From Isoptericola halotolerans (lineage in GTDB: Bacteria > Actinomycetota > Actinomycetes > Actinomycetales > Cellulomonadaceae): a DNA stretch of 64,000 nt. The notes under the pieces were generated by a model. The model saw only the letters and a list, made by a program, of their open reading frames with translations, was not told the origin of the DNA and did not search any database. Shown piece by piece: positions 7,971 through 17,787 of the stretch. The DNA lies in the NCBI RefSeq assembly GCF_013149785.1, contig NZ_JABEZU010000002.1, positions 558,001-622,000 on the forward strand, given 5' to 3'. How positions within the stretch are numbered: the stretch's first letter is position 1; the number at the start of each line of letters is the position of its first letter. The position numbers and the translations under genes are program-made.

Positions 7971-8888
7971 ATGCGCACGCCCCTTGCCCTCGGAGCTGCT
8001 GTGCTCCTCGCTCTCGGCCTCGGTGCCGGACCTGCTGCCGCGACCGGCGGCGACAAGGCCCCGTGGCAGGGGCCCTCGGACACTCGCACCGGTGCCTCCT
8101 GGTCGGGCGGCACCGCCACCGAGGCTGGCGTGACCTACGGCTGGCCCACGGACACGCGCTCGTGGAACAACAACGTCTGCCCGGACATGGACGAGCTGAA
8201 GAAGGACGTCAGCGGCGACCAGAAGGCGATCACGCTGACGGCGCCCGAGGGCAAGCTCATCTCCGCCTACTGCGTCAAGGCGGGTTCCGCGAAGAAGGGC
8301 GAGGGACCGAAGATCGTCGTCCTCGACGAGCCGCAGGCCGAGGTGACGATCTCGTACGTGACCGGGAACAAGTGCAAGGGCATCAGCCACTACTCCGTGG
8401 CCTACGTCGACGCCCCCGGGTCCGAGGAGCCCGGTGAGCCCGAGCCCACCGCGACCCCGACGCCGGGCCCGTCCGAGGAGCCCGGTGAGCCCGAGCCCAC
8501 CGCGACCCCGACGCCGGACCCGTCCGGTGAGCCCGAGCCCACCGCGACCCCGACGCCGAGCGGCGAGCCGGTCGTCGAGCCCGAGACCGACCCGTCCCCC
8601 GAGGTCTCCGAGGAGCCTGCCGAGAACGAGACCCCCGGCGAGCGCCCCCAGACGGTCGTCCCCGTGGAGGTCGACGGTGAGGAGTCTGCCGAGCCCCGCC
8701 CCTCGGAGGTCGTCGTCGACGTGGAGTCCGGCGCCGACTCGGCCGAGACGGTGAACGCCCAGTCGCAGGCCGAGCTGCCGCAGACCGGCCCGGGCCGCGC
8801 CATCGGCATCGCGCTGGGAGCGATCGCCCTGCTCGGCACCGGCACCGGGGCCGTGCTCTACGCCCGGTCGCGCCGCGCCACCGCCTGA
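7971..8888 (+). CDS. Secreted sortase-anchored (LPXTG) surface protein with Pro/Glu/Thr linker
   Basis: Signal peptide; ELPQTG then hydrophobic helix and basic tail (RSRRATA); AGGAG RBS. Confidence 0.85.
   Translation: MRTPLALGAAVLLALGLGAGPAAATGGDKAPWQGPSDTRTGASWSGGTATEAGVTYGWPTDTRSWNNNVCPDMDELKKDVSGDQKAITLTAPEGKLISAYCVKAGSAKKGEGPKIVVLDEPQAEVTISYVTGNKCKGISHYSVAYVDAPGSEEPGEPEPTATPTPGPSEEPGEPEPTATPTPDPSGEPEPTATPTPSGEPVVEPETDPSPEVSEEPAENETPGERPQTVVPVEVDGEESAEPRPSEVVVDVESGADSAETVNAQSQAELPQTGPGRAIGIALGAIALLGTGTGAVLYARSRRATA
8421..8558 (+). repeat. Intragenic 51-bp tandem repeat (about 2.7 copies) encoding SEEPGEPEPTATPTP(G/D)P
   Basis: Near-identical units 8421-8471 and 8472-8522, shortened third copy. 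Confidence 0.9.
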
Positions 8889-9029
8889 AGACCTCGCCGG
8901 CCCATCCGCCGGCACTGACGGCCCGGTGGCCGGGAGCGGCTGCTCCTGGCCACCGGGCCGCGGTGTCTCCGGGATGGTCCTTGTCATGCCGCCGACAGGA
9001 GTCCTGGGCAGCCGTGACATGATCGGCGC

Positions 9030-9386
9030 ATGCTCAGGCGTGTCAGTGATCCGGGCCTCCGGGACTTCGACCGGGGATGCTTCGTGCTGCAGCGCGACGG
9101 CGAGGTGGCCGGCCACGCCGCGACGCTGGTGGGGGAGTTCTGGTCACCGGGCCGGCCGCTGACCATCCAGCAGAACGTGTGGATCGTGGTGGTGTGGGCC
9201 GACGGCGGGGGCAGGGAGCACAGCTTCGAGGACTACCCGCCGTGGACCGTCGTCTCGGAGATCCGGGGCGGCTCGTTCAGCTGGGACGACGGTCCCCGCA
9301 GTGGTACCTACACCGCGACACGGTTGCCTGACGCCGAGGCTGACGCCCGCTGGGCCGAGCTCGAGATCACGCCGGACGACTTCTGA
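9030..9386 (+). CDS. Hypothetical protein
   Basis: 118-aa ORF with protein-like composition and CATGAT-N6-ATG signal; no family recognised. Confidence 0.6.
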   Translation: MLRRVSDPGLRDFDRGCFVLQRDGEVAGHAATLVGEFWSPGRPLTIQQNVWIVVVWADGGGREHSFEDYPPWTVVSEIRGGSFSWDDGPRSGTYTATRLPDAEADARWAELEITPDDF

Positions 9387-10953
9387 CGTCGAGCAGAGAC
9401 CGGACCGTGTCGATGGTGTCCGCCTCGTCGGCCGTCTTGTCGTCGCGGTAGCGGAGCACCCGCGCGAAGCGCAGCGCCACGCCGCCGGGGTAGCGGGTGG
9501 AGCGCTGGACGCCGTCGAAGGCGATCTCGACCACCTGCTCCGGGCGCACCGTGACCACCCAGCCGTCGTCGTCGACCTGCAGCTCGCGGAACCGCTCGGT
9601 CTGCCAGGCGAGGATCTCGTCGGTCATGCCCTTGAACGTCTTGCCGAGCATGACGAAGCCACCGTCGGGGTCGCGGGCACCCAGGTGGATGTTGGACAGC
9701 CAGCCTTCGCGGCGTCCGGAGCCGCGCTCGACGCCGAGCACCACCAGGTCGAGCGTGTGGCGCGGCTTGACCTTGACCCAGGCCCCGCCCCGACGTCCCG
9801 CGTCGTAGGGGGCGTCGAGCGCCTTGACGACGAGCCCTTCGTGGCCCCCGGCCACCGTCTCCGCGAAGAACTCCTGGACGGTGGTGGCGTCGGCGCTGAC
9901 GATGCGGGGGACGACGGCGGAGGGTGGCGCGACGCGGTCGAGCGCGGCGAAGCGCTCGTGGGCCGTGCTGTCCAGGAGGTCGTTGCCGTCCAGGTGCAGG
10001 AGGTCGAAGAACCGCACGCTCAGCGGGATCGACGGGTCGCCGGAGCCGATGTCGTGGGTCCCGGTGCGTGCGGCGGTCTCCTGGAACGGGCGCGGCCGTC
10101 CGTCCTCGTCCAGCGCCAGGGCCTCGCCGTCGAGGACCGCCGCCTGGACGTCGAGGGCCCGGGCGAGCGCCACGACCTCCGGCAGCCGGTCGGTGATGTC
10201 GTCGAGCGACCGCGTGAACACGACGACGTCGTCGCCGGCGACGTGGACCTGGACGCGGATGCCGTCGAGCTTGACGTCCGCGGCCACCTCGGTGCCGGCG
10301 AACTTCTCGAGCGCGGCGGTGACGTCGGGCGCCGAGGACGCCAGCATGGGCCGTACGGGGCGGCCCACCTGGAGCCGGAACGACGCCAGCGCCTCGCTCC
10401 CGCCGGTGAGCGCGGCCTGCGCGATCGGGCCGGACAGGGCGCTGAACATCGCGGCTCGGCGGACCGCCTTCACGGGGACGTCCGCGGCGGCGGCGATGGC
10501 GTCCAGCAGCAGCGAGTCGAGCGCGCCCTGCCGGAGCTCGCCGAGCACGAGACCACGCAGGAAGCCCTGCTCGTCGGCCGTGGCGCGGGAGAGCAGCTCC
10601 GTGAGCGTCCCGGTGCGCGCGGCGTGGGAGCCCGACCCGCTGAGCGCGGACATGGCCTCGAAGGATCGGTCGACCTCCACGGGCGTCAGGGAGGGGTCGG
10701 GCGCCGGTGGCGGCAGGTCGGTCAGGGACCGCCACCCGACGCCGGTGCGGCGCTGCCGCAGGCGGCCCGAGAGGTAGGAGGCGACGATCTCGATCCCGTC
10801 GGCCTCGGCGACTTGGTCGCCGTCGTCGGTCGAGGACGCCGACACCGGGGCCGCTGCGGCACGCAACGCGTCCGCTAGCAGCTCGCGCTTGCGCAGCCGG
10901 GAGCGCGTCGCGGCGACCGCGGCGTGCGTCCTGACGAGCTCGGTGAGCAGCAC
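9367..10953 (-). CDS. ligB: ATP-dependent DNA ligase (LigB type)
   Basis: KLDGIR motif I, EGLVVK, WVKVK, GKTFKG, LRFARVLRYRDDK. Confidence 0.93.
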   Translation of the reverse strand: MLLTELVRTHAAVAATRSRLRKRELLADALRAAAAPVSASSTDDGDQVAEADGIEIVASYLSGRLRQRRTGVGWRSLTDLPPPAPDPSLTPVEVDRSFEAMSALSGSGSHAARTGTLTELLSRATADEQGFLRGLVLGELRQGALDSLLLDAIAAAADVPVKAVRRAAMFSALSGPIAQAALTGGSEALASFRLQVGRPVRPMLASSAPDVTAALEKFAGTEVAADVKLDGIRVQVHVAGDDVVVFTRSLDDITDRLPEVVALARALDVQAAVLDGEALALDEDGRPRPFQETAARTGTHDIGSGDPSIPLSVRFFDLLHLDGNDLLDSTAHERFAALDRVAPPSAVVPRIVSADATTVQEFFAETVAGGHEGLVVKALDAPYDAGRRGGAWVKVKPRHTLDLVVLGVERGSGRREGWLSNIHLGARDPDGGFVMLGKTFKGMTDEILAWQTERFRELQVDDDGWVVTVRPEQVVEIAFDGVQRSTRYPGGVALRFARVLRYRDDKTADEADTIDTVRSLLDVRSRPA

Positions 10954-10992
10954 CGTCCCATCGTGGCAGCAGGCGCCGACGGCCGCGAGGTG

Positions 10993-11376
10993 CTACCTCG
11001 CGGAGGGTGTCGGGTGCTCGGCGTCGTAGACGGCGCGCGCCGTCAGCACCTCCCCGGCGTGGTCGAGCGTCCAGCGCTCGATCGCCCGGATCGGTTCGAG
11101 CGCGGCCTCTCCGGCAGCGGTGAGCGAGTACTCCACGCGAGGAGGCACCTCGGCGTGGACGGCGCGGTGGACGAGGCCGTCGCGCTCGAGGCCGCGCAGG
11201 GTCTGCGTCAGCATTTTCTGGGACACGCCGTCGACGCGGTGGGCGATCGCGGTGAAGCGCAGCGGGCCGGCCTCGAGCGCGCCGAGGACGAGCACCGTCC
11301 ACCGGTCGGCGATGCGGTCCAGGACGCTCCGGCTGGGGCAGGCGCGCTGGTACGGGTCGAACGGGAGCTGGTTCAC
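10993..11376 (-). CDS. HxlR family winged-helix regulator
   Basis: CPSRSVLDRIADRW, SQKMLTQTLRGLERDG, PPRVEYSLT. Confidence 0.93.
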   Translation of the reverse strand: MNQLPFDPYQRACPSRSVLDRIADRWTVLVLGALEAGPLRFTAIAHRVDGVSQKMLTQTLRGLERDGLVHRAVHAEVPPRVEYSLTAAGEAALEPIRAIERWTLDHAGEVLTARAVYDAEHPTPSAR

Positions 11377-11463
11377 GGTTCCTCCTTGCGCACCGACAGT
11401 CTACGACCTATTGTCTCCGATGGAGAGTGACTCTCCACAAGTAACTATCAGAGGAGAAGCCAG

Positions 11464-12108
11464 ATGGTTCGCATCACCGTCGTCGGGGGCACCGGCTATG
11501 CCGGCGCCCACATCGCCCGCGAGGCCGCCGCACGCGGTCACCAGGTCAGGTCGGTCAGCCGGTCGCTCCCGGCGGAGCAGATCCCCGGTGTCGAGCACGC
11601 CCAGGGCTCTGTGCTCGACGACGACACGATCACCGCAGCGCTCGACGGCGCCGAGGTCGTCGTGGCCGCCGTGTCTCCCCGCGAGGACATGGCAGGCCAG
11701 GTCCGCCCCGCCTACGCCCGGCTCGCCGCCGCGGCCCAGGAGCGGGGCGTCCGTCTCGCCGTCGTCGGCGGGGCGTCCTCGCTGCAGGTCACCGAGGGCG
11801 GACCGCGGCTGCTCGACACCCCGGAGTTCCCCGACGCCTTCCGGGACGAGGCGAGCGAGTTCGCCGACATCCTCGACGACCTGCGCGGGGCTCCCGCCGG
11901 GCTCGACTGGTTCTACCTCAGCCCGGCCGCCACCTTCGGGGCGTACGCGCCCGGTGAGGACACCGGCAGCTACCGGGTCGGCGGCGACGTGCTGCTGACC
12001 GACGGGGCGGGCGGGTCGGAGATCTCCGGTCCCGACCTCGCGCGCGCGATGCTCGACGAGATCGAGACGCCGGCCCACCGGCGCACCCGGTTCACCGTCG
12101 CCCACTGA
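11464..12108 (+). CDS. NAD(P)H-binding oxidoreductase (NADH-flavin reductase-like)
   Basis: GGTGYAG Rossmann motif, VVGGASSL, LDWFYLSP, HRRTRFTV; divergent from HxlR gene. Confidence 0.9.
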   Translation: MVRITVVGGTGYAGAHIAREAAARGHQVRSVSRSLPAEQIPGVEHAQGSVLDDDTITAALDGAEVVVAAVSPREDMAGQVRPAYARLAAAAQERGVRLAVVGGASSLQVTEGGPRLLDTPEFPDAFRDEASEFADILDDLRGAPAGLDWFYLSPAATFGAYAPGEDTGSYRVGGDVLLTDGAGGSEISGPDLARAMLDEIETPAHRRTRFTVAH

Positions 12109-12127
12109 CGCCGAGCGGAGCGCCCGC

Positions 12128-12883
12128 TCAGGCTCGCATGCGCTGCAGGACCCGCACGCCGGCGGCGGTCCCGACGAGGGCGAGCGCCGTCGGGACCGCC
12201 GCTCCGAGCAGGATCTCGGCGCTGGCGAGCTCTCCGGCGAACAGTGCCCGCTGGGCGTCGACGGCGTGGGCGAGCGGGTTGAGCCGGGACAGGGCGTAGA
12301 GCCAGTCGGGGGCCACCTCCATGGGGAGCAGCGCGCCCGAGGTGACGATCAGCGGGGTGTACACCAGGGTCACGGCGCCCCAGAAGGCGTAGGCGTTCTG
12401 CACCGCGATGCCGACGGCCAACGAGCAGACTCCCAGGGCGGCCGCGAGCAGGCCGAGCTCCAGCACGGCGAGAGTCGCTGCCGGCGCCGAGGGGAGGCGC
12501 AGGCCGAACGGCACGGTGGCCGCCGTGATGACGGCGGCCTGGACCAGCGAGGTCACGACGACCCGCCCCACGCGTCCGGTGAGGATCGCCGAGCGAGGGG
12601 CCGGGGTGACCAGGATCCGCTCCAGGGCGCCGGAGGCCCGCTCCTCCTGCAGCCCCGACCCGATGAAGGCGCTGGTGCTGAAGGTCATCACGACCAGCAT
12701 GCCGGGGACGAACCACTGCAGCGTGTCGCCGGGCGGGATGCCGGGCATCGCGCCCACGGCGCCGACGAGAGGGGCGAACAGGACGAGCAGGAGGACGGGG
12801 TCGGCGAGGGACTCGACGTAGGGCCACGGCGTACGGAGCTTGGCGCGGACGTCGCGTTCGAGGATGGCGGCGGTGGCAGACAT
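12128..12883 (-). CDS. ABC-2 type exporter permease
   Basis: ERASGALERILVTP, LSRLNPL; hydrophobic helices. Confidence 0.9.
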   Translation of the reverse strand: MSATAAILERDVRAKLRTPWPYVESLADPVLLLVLFAPLVGAVGAMPGIPPGDTLQWFVPGMLVVMTFSTSAFIGSGLQEERASGALERILVTPAPRSAILTGRVGRVVVTSLVQAAVITAATVPFGLRLPSAPAATLAVLELGLLAAALGVCSLAVGIAVQNAYAFWGAVTLVYTPLIVTSGALLPMEVAPDWLYALSRLNPLAHAVDAQRALFAGELASAEILLGAAVPTALALVGTAAGVRVLQRMRA

Positions 12884-12909
12884 GAGCACTCCAGAGGTCG
12901 GTACGGCGG

Positions 12910-13866
12910 TCAGGCGGCGCTCTCGCGCAGGGAACGGCCGGTCAGCGTGAGGAAGACGTCGTCGAGCGAGGGGCGGTTGACCTGCGTCCCGCGCAGGGAC
13001 ACCCCGGCCTCGTCGAGCAGGCGGACCACCTGGGGCGTGACGGTGTCCCCGCCGGGGACGCGGAACCGCAGGGTGCCGGCGTCGGTCTCGATCTCGTGGG
13101 CCCCGGGGAGCGCGGCCGCGACCCGGCGGGCCTGGTCGGCCTGGGCGGCGTCGGCGAGCTCGACCGTGACGAGGTCGCCCGACACCTTGCTCTTGAGCTG
13201 TTCCGGGGTGCCGTCCGCGATGATCTCGCCGTGGTCGATGACGACCACCCGGTCGGCGACGCCGTCCGCCTCGTCGAGGTAGTGAGTGGTCAGGACGACC
13301 GTGGTGCCGAGGTCGTCGCGCAGGCGCCGGATGTGACCCCACAGGTTCGCCCGGCTCTGGGGGTCGAGCCCGGTCGAGGGCTCGTCGAGGAACACCACCG
13401 GCGGGCGGTGCACGAGCCCCATGGCCACGTCGAGGCGACGGAGCTGGCCACCGGACAGCGTGCCGGTGTCCCGGTCGCCCAGGCCGTCCAGGTCGAGCAT
13501 CCGCGCGGTCTCGGCGGCGCGGGACCGGGCGTCACGTCGCCCGAGCCCGTGCAGTCGTGCCTGAGCGGTGAGCTCCTCGTGGACACGTAGCCCGGGTGAG
13601 GAGCCGTGGCCCTGACCGACGAGACCGATCCGCCGTCGGACGGCGACGGCGTCGTGCCCGACGTCGTGCCCGGCGACCTGCGCCGAGCCGGAGGTGGGTG
13701 GCAGCAGGGTGGTGAGCATGCGCAGGGTGGTGCTCTTGCCGGCACCGTTGGGGCCCAGGACGGCGACGACCTCGCCGTCCGCGACGTCGAGGTCGATGCC
13801 GCGGACGGCCTCGACCGTGCCGGAGCGGGTGCGGAAGTGGCGCGTCAGTGCCCGGGTGCGGATCAT
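12910..13866 (-). CDS. ABC exporter ATP-binding protein (DrrA-like)
   Basis: GPNGAGKST, LSGGQ, FLDEP, LTTHY, SLDDVFL. Confidence 0.95.
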   Translation of the reverse strand: MIRTRALTRHFRTRSGTVEAVRGIDLDVADGEVVAVLGPNGAGKSTTLRMLTTLLPPTSGSAQVAGHDVGHDAVAVRRRIGLVGQGHGSSPGLRVHEELTAQARLHGLGRRDARSRAAETARMLDLDGLGDRDTGTLSGGQLRRLDVAMGLVHRPPVVFLDEPSTGLDPQSRANLWGHIRRLRDDLGTTVVLTTHYLDEADGVADRVVVIDHGEIIADGTPEQLKSKVSGDLVTVELADAAQADQARRVAAALPGAHEIETDAGTLRFRVPGGDTVTPQVVRLLDEAGVSLRGTQVNRPSLDDVFLTLTGRSLRESAA

Positions 13867-13885
13867 GGCGTCTCCTTCGATTGCA

Positions 13886-13898
13886 TTACGACACGTAA
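13886..13898. promoter_or_regulatory. Candidate TetR operator TTACG-aca-CGTAA
   Basis: Palindrome in the AT-richer gap between the divergent ABC and tetR genes. Confidence 0.45.
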
Positions 13899-13923
13899 CG
13901 AAACTAAAGGCTACGATGGCGCC

Positions 13924-14619
13924 ATGTCAACGGCTCCCTCGGATCGAGCTCGTGCCCGGGTCGGACGGCCCCGGGACGACGCGATCGACGACGCCGTCCT
14001 CGCGGCGACGATCGTCGTGCTCGACGAGGTCGGGTACGCGCGGCTGTCTCTGGGCGACGTCGCCCGGCGGGCCGGGACCTCCAAGCCGGCCCTCTACCGG
14101 CGCTGGCCCAGCCGGCAGCACCTGGTGCTCGCCGCCCTGGAGCGGCGGATCGGCAGCGTCCGTCCGCCCGACACGTCCTGCACGATGTGCGACCTCGCCG
14201 AGTGCCTCGGCCTCTTCGTCGAGGCCTTCGAGCAGCTCCCTCCGGGCGTGCTCGCACCTCTCCTGGCGGACTCCGCGGACGACGCGGCGCTGCGCGCGGA
14301 GCTCATGGCGCGACTCTTCGACCCGCCGCGCGAGGCGGTCCGTCGCACCCTGTCACGGGCTCGGGAGCGCGGTGACCTCCGTGCCGAGCTCGGCCTCGAC
14401 CTCGCCGTCGACCTCCTGGGCTCCTTCGTGCACTACCGGGCGCTGTTCGGCCACGCGCCCACCACGCCGGAGGAGATCGAGACGGCCGTCGAGACCCTGC
14501 TGCAGGGCCTCGCGACCGACTACGACTCCTTGCTGGCCCATGCCCAGGGGGTCGAGGTCGTCGCGCAGCCGCACGAGCTCCACGCCTACGGGGGGCCGTC
14601 TCAGGCGGCGTCGGGGTAA
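13924..14619 (+). CDS. TetR/AcrR family regulator
   Basis: GRPRD...[30 protein letters not shown]6-ATG. Confidence 0.92.
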   Translation: MSTAPSDRARARVGRPRDDAIDDAVLAATIVVLDEVGYARLSLGDVARRAGTSKPALYRRWPSRQHLVLAALERRIGSVRPPDTSCTMCDLAECLGLFVEAFEQLPPGVLAPLLADSADDAALRAELMARLFDPPREAVRRTLSRARERGDLRAELGLDLAVDLLGSFVHYRALFGHAPTTPEEIETAVETLLQGLATDYDSLLAHAQGVEVVAQPHELHAYGGPSQAASG

Positions 14620-15272
14620 GGGACGCCCGTCGTGGCGTGGCAGCGGTACCCGTGCGGGTTCTTCGCGTCCGAGAGGTACTGCTGGTGGTAGTCCTCGGCG
14701 TAGAAGAACGGTCCTGCCTCGACGGCGGGCCGCATGTCGGTGGTGATCGGGTCGTAGCCCTTGGTGGTCAGCACCTGCCCGTACCGCTCGGCCGTGGCGC
14801 GCACGGCCTCGGCCTGCTCCGGCGTCGTCCAGTACACGGCCGAGCGGTACTGGGTGCCGACGTCGTTGCCCTGCCGGAAGCCCTGGGTCGGGTCGTGCCG
14901 CTCCCAGAAGATCTTGAGCAGCTCGGCCTCGCTCACCCGGGAGGGGTCGTACGCGACCATCGCGGTCTCGGTGTGCCCGGTGCGGGCCGAGCAGACCTCG
15001 TCGTAGGTGGGGTTCGGCGTCGTGCCGCCCATGTAGCCGACGGCGGTGCTCACCACGCCGGGTACCTGCCAGTAGATCTCCTCGGCGCCCCAGAAGCACC
15101 CCATCGCGAGGTAGAGGACCCGCGTGCCTGGCTCCCACGGCCCGGTCAGCGACGTGCCCAGCACGGTGTGCGTCCGCGGGGCGGGCAGGACGGGGGACTC
15201 GCGGCCGGGGAGGGCGTCCTCGGGGGCGACCATCGTCGTCTTCGCCGAGTGGCCGAACAGGTTCTCGAACAT
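14601..15272 (-). CDS. msrA: Peptide methionine-(S)-sulfoxide reductase
   Basis: [35 protein letters not shown]. Confidence 0.97.
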   Translation of the reverse strand: MFENLFGHSAKTTMVAPEDALPGRESPVLPAPRTHTVLGTSLTGPWEPGTRVLYLAMGCFWGAEEIYWQVPGVVSTAVGYMGGTTPNPTYDEVCSARTGHTETAMVAYDPSRVSEAELLKIFWERHDPTQGFRQGNDVGTQYRSAVYWTTPEQAEAVRATAERYGQVLTTKGYDPITTDMRPAVEAGPFFYAEDYHQQYLSDAKNPHGYRCHATTGVPYPDAA

Positions 15273-15325
15273 CGCGTGCCTCCTTGGTGGGTCACGGGGG
15301 CGGTCTGCCGACCCCGCACCTGCGC

Positions 15326-15351
15326 AACGACCCAGCGTCCCAGGGTGTTCC
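15326..15351 (-). promoter_or_regulatory. SigH/SigR-type thiol-stress promoter upstream of msrA
   Basis: Minus strand GGAAC-N18-GTT, matching the actinobacterial SigR/SigH consensus. Confidence 0.7.
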
Positions 15352-15372
15352 GCCGTCGTCCCCGCCTCCGCC

Positions 15373-16959
15373 TCAGTCGAGGTCGCGGACGGCGCGGGCC
15401 TCGACCTCGGCGAGCACCTCGTCGGCCACGTGCGGGCTGGCCAGCCCCTCGCTGCGCGCCCGGATCACGACCGTGCGCTCGACCTCGACGGCGTCGCGCA
15501 GCAGCGAGTCGACCAGGTCGCCGAGCCTCTCCTGCTCCTCGCCCTCGGCCCGGGCGCGCGCCAAGGCCACCTGGGCGTCGAGGTAGCCCTCGTACTGCAG
15601 GGCGACGGCGTCGCGCACCGGCGCCGGCACGTCGGCGCGGCCCCGGATCGCCTCCAACGCCGCCCGGGTCGCCTCCTGACGCAGGCGGGCGACCTCGGCG
15701 GCCTCGTCCACCGTGCTGCCGACCCCGAGCCGGCGCACCACCGGGGCGAGGGTGAGCCCCTGCAGCACGAGGGTCACGAGCACGACGACGAGCCCCACGA
15801 AGACCACCGTGTCGCGGTGGGGGAAAGCACCCCCGGCCGCGACCAGGTGGGGGAGCGCCAGCGCGGAGGCGACCGAGACCACGCCCCGCATGCCGGCCCA
15901 GGACATCACCGTGGTCTCGCGCGAGGTGAACGCCCCGATGCCGGCCACCTCGGCGGGCACCCCTTGACGCACCGCTCGCGCCGCGAGGCTGCGCTCGAGC
16001 AGCCAGACCGCCGGGAACAGCCAGGCGAACCGCAGGGCCACGAGGGCCGCCACCACGACCAGGGCGAGAGGCAGGGCCCCACCGACCGGCGTCTCCTCCA
16101 GGACCGAGGTGAGCTCGAACCCGATGAGGACGAACACCACGCCCGTGATGAGGTAGTCGGCGTACTCCCACACCGACCGGCCGAGAAGCCAGCCGCCCGA
16201 GGACACCGAGGTGTGGCTCACGTCGCGCAGCAGCAGGCCGAGGGTCAGCACGGCCAGCACCCCGGAACCGTGCAGCTCCTCGGCGAGCAGGTAGACCGCG
16301 AACGGCAGCGCCAGGGTGATGGTGGTCTCCGCGGCGGGCACCCTGATCCGGCCGAGCAGCAGGTGCCCCAGCCACCCGACGGCGAGGCCGACGCCGATGC
16401 CGACGACGACGGCGAGCAGCAGGTCCAGACCGACCTCCCCGGCGGTGACCGAGCCGGCGACGACCGCGGCCACCGCCACGTGGTACATCACCAGCGCCGT
16501 GGCGTCGTTGAACATGCCCTCGCCCTCGAGGACCGTCACCACCCGCCCCGGCAGGCGCAGCCGGCGTGCGACGGCGGTCGCGGCCACGGGGTCGGGCGGC
16601 GCCACGATGGCGCCGAGCACCCAGGCGACGGCCCACGGCACCCCGGCGGCGTGGGCGATCACGGCGACCACCGCCGCCGAGGCGACGGTCAGGCCGACCG
16701 CGGTGAGCAGGATCGGCCGGGCCTGCCCCTTGAACTCGCGCGAGGTCGAGCGCTGCGTCGCGGCGAACAGCAGCGGCGGCAGCACGATCGGCAGGACGTG
16801 CTCGGGCTCGATCGACAGGTGCGGGGTGCCGGGGACGAGCGGCAGAGCGAGACCGAACAGGGTCAGCAGCACCGGCAGGGGGACCCGGACCCGGTCCGCC
16901 AAGGGGGTGAGCACGACCAGGCCGGCGATCACCACGCCCCACAGTGCGAGCGACGACAT
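15373..16959 (-). CDS. Na+/H+ antiporter (CPA1 family)
   Basis: [27 protein letters not shown]. Confidence 0.93.
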   Translation of the reverse strand: MSSLALWGVVIAGLVVLTPLADRVRVPLPVLLTLFGLALPLVPGTPHLSIEPEHVLPIVLPPLLFAATQRSTSREFKGQARPILLTAVGLTVASAAVVAVIAHAAGVPWAVAWVLGAIVAPPDPVAATAVARRLRLPGRVVTVLEGEGMFNDATALVMYHVAVAAVVAGSVTAGEVGLDLLLAVVVGIGVGLAVGWLGHLLLGRIRVPAAETTITLALPFAVYLLAEELHGSGVLAVLTLGLLLRDVSHTSVSSGGWLLGRSVWEYADYLITGVVFVLIGFELTSVLEETPVGGALPLALVVVAALVALRFAWLFPAVWLLERSLAARAVRQGVPAEVAGIGAFTSRETTVMSWAGMRGVVSVASALALPHLVAAGGAFPHRDTVVFVGLVVVLVTLVLQGLTLAPVVRRLGVGSTVDEAAEVARLRQEATRAALEAIRGRADVPAPVRDAVALQYEGYLDAQVALARARAEGEEQERLGDLVDSLLRDAVEVERTVVIRARSEGLASPHVADEVLAEVEARAVRDLD

Positions 16960-17056
16960 GGGTGGGCTCCTCGCAGCGGGCGGCAGCGGTCGCGCACAGT
17001 CTGCCCGCGCCGGAGCGGGGCTGCACCCTGTCGGGGGCGGGTCGTAGCGTCGGACC

Positions 17057-17683
17057 ATGGCCGACCCGGTGAGCGCTCCCCTCGTCCCTGGTCCACCCGA
17101 CCTCGAGCCCCTCGTCCTGCCCGATGCGGCGGCGTGGCGCTCGTGGCTCGACGAGCACGAGGACTCCGCCCCCGAGGGCGTGTGGCTGGTGCTGGCCCGC
17201 AAGGGGCGGCCGGCTCCGACCACGCTCACACGCGCCTCGGCGCTCGAGGAGGCGCTGTGCAGCGGCTGGATCGACGCGCAGGCACGCAGCCGTGACGAGG
17301 ACACCAGCCTGCAGCGCTACTGCCCGCGCCGGGCACGCAGCACGTGGTCCGTCCGCAACCGGGAGATCGTCGCCCGGCTGACCGACGCCGGACGGATGCG
17401 GCCCCGCGGGCAGGCCGAGGTCGACCGGGCGAAGGCCGACGGGCGGTGGGAGGCGGCGTACGCCGGGCCGGCGACCATCGAGGTGCCGCCGGCGCTGGCC
17501 GCGGCGCTGGCGCGGAGCCCCCGGGCGGCCGCCACCTGGGAGACGCTCACCTCGCAGAACCGCTACGCGATCCTGCACCGGCTGGCGACGCTCACGACGG
17601 CGGCGGCTCGCGAGCGGAACGTCGCGAAGTTCGTCGCGATGCTGGAACGTGGCGAGACGGTCCACCCGCAGCGGAGGCGGTGA
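17057..17683 (+). CDS. YdeI/OmpD-associated family protein
   Basis: WRSWL, ALCSGWID, PRRARSTWS, QNRYAILHRL. Confidence 0.88.
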   Translation: MADPVSAPLVPGPPDLEPLVLPDAAAWRSWLDEHEDSAPEGVWLVLARKGRPAPTTLTRASALEEALCSGWIDAQARSRDEDTSLQRYCPRRARSTWSVRNREIVARLTDAGRMRPRGQAEVDRAKADGRWEAAYAGPATIEVPPALAAALARSPRAAATWETLTSQNRYAILHRLATLTTAAARERNVAKFVAMLERGETVHPQRRR

Positions 17684-17787
17684 GCTCTCCAGGGCCGGAT
17701 CGCCAGACGGCGATGTCTACATCTTCCCCACATTCCCGGCGGTCCCGTCGCCGAGCGCCGTCGAGGGTCGGGTCCTATCGTGGGGCC

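Noticed and set aside
9367..10953. NHEJ or prophage module around the ATP-dependent ligase
   Set aside because: No Ku, LigD polymerase/nuclease domains or phage genes; ordinary LigB-type ligase
12128..17683. Antibiotic or bacteriocin cluster suggested by the DrrAB-like exporter and YdeI/OmpD gene
   Set aside because: No precursor peptide, PKS/NRPS or modification enzymes nearby
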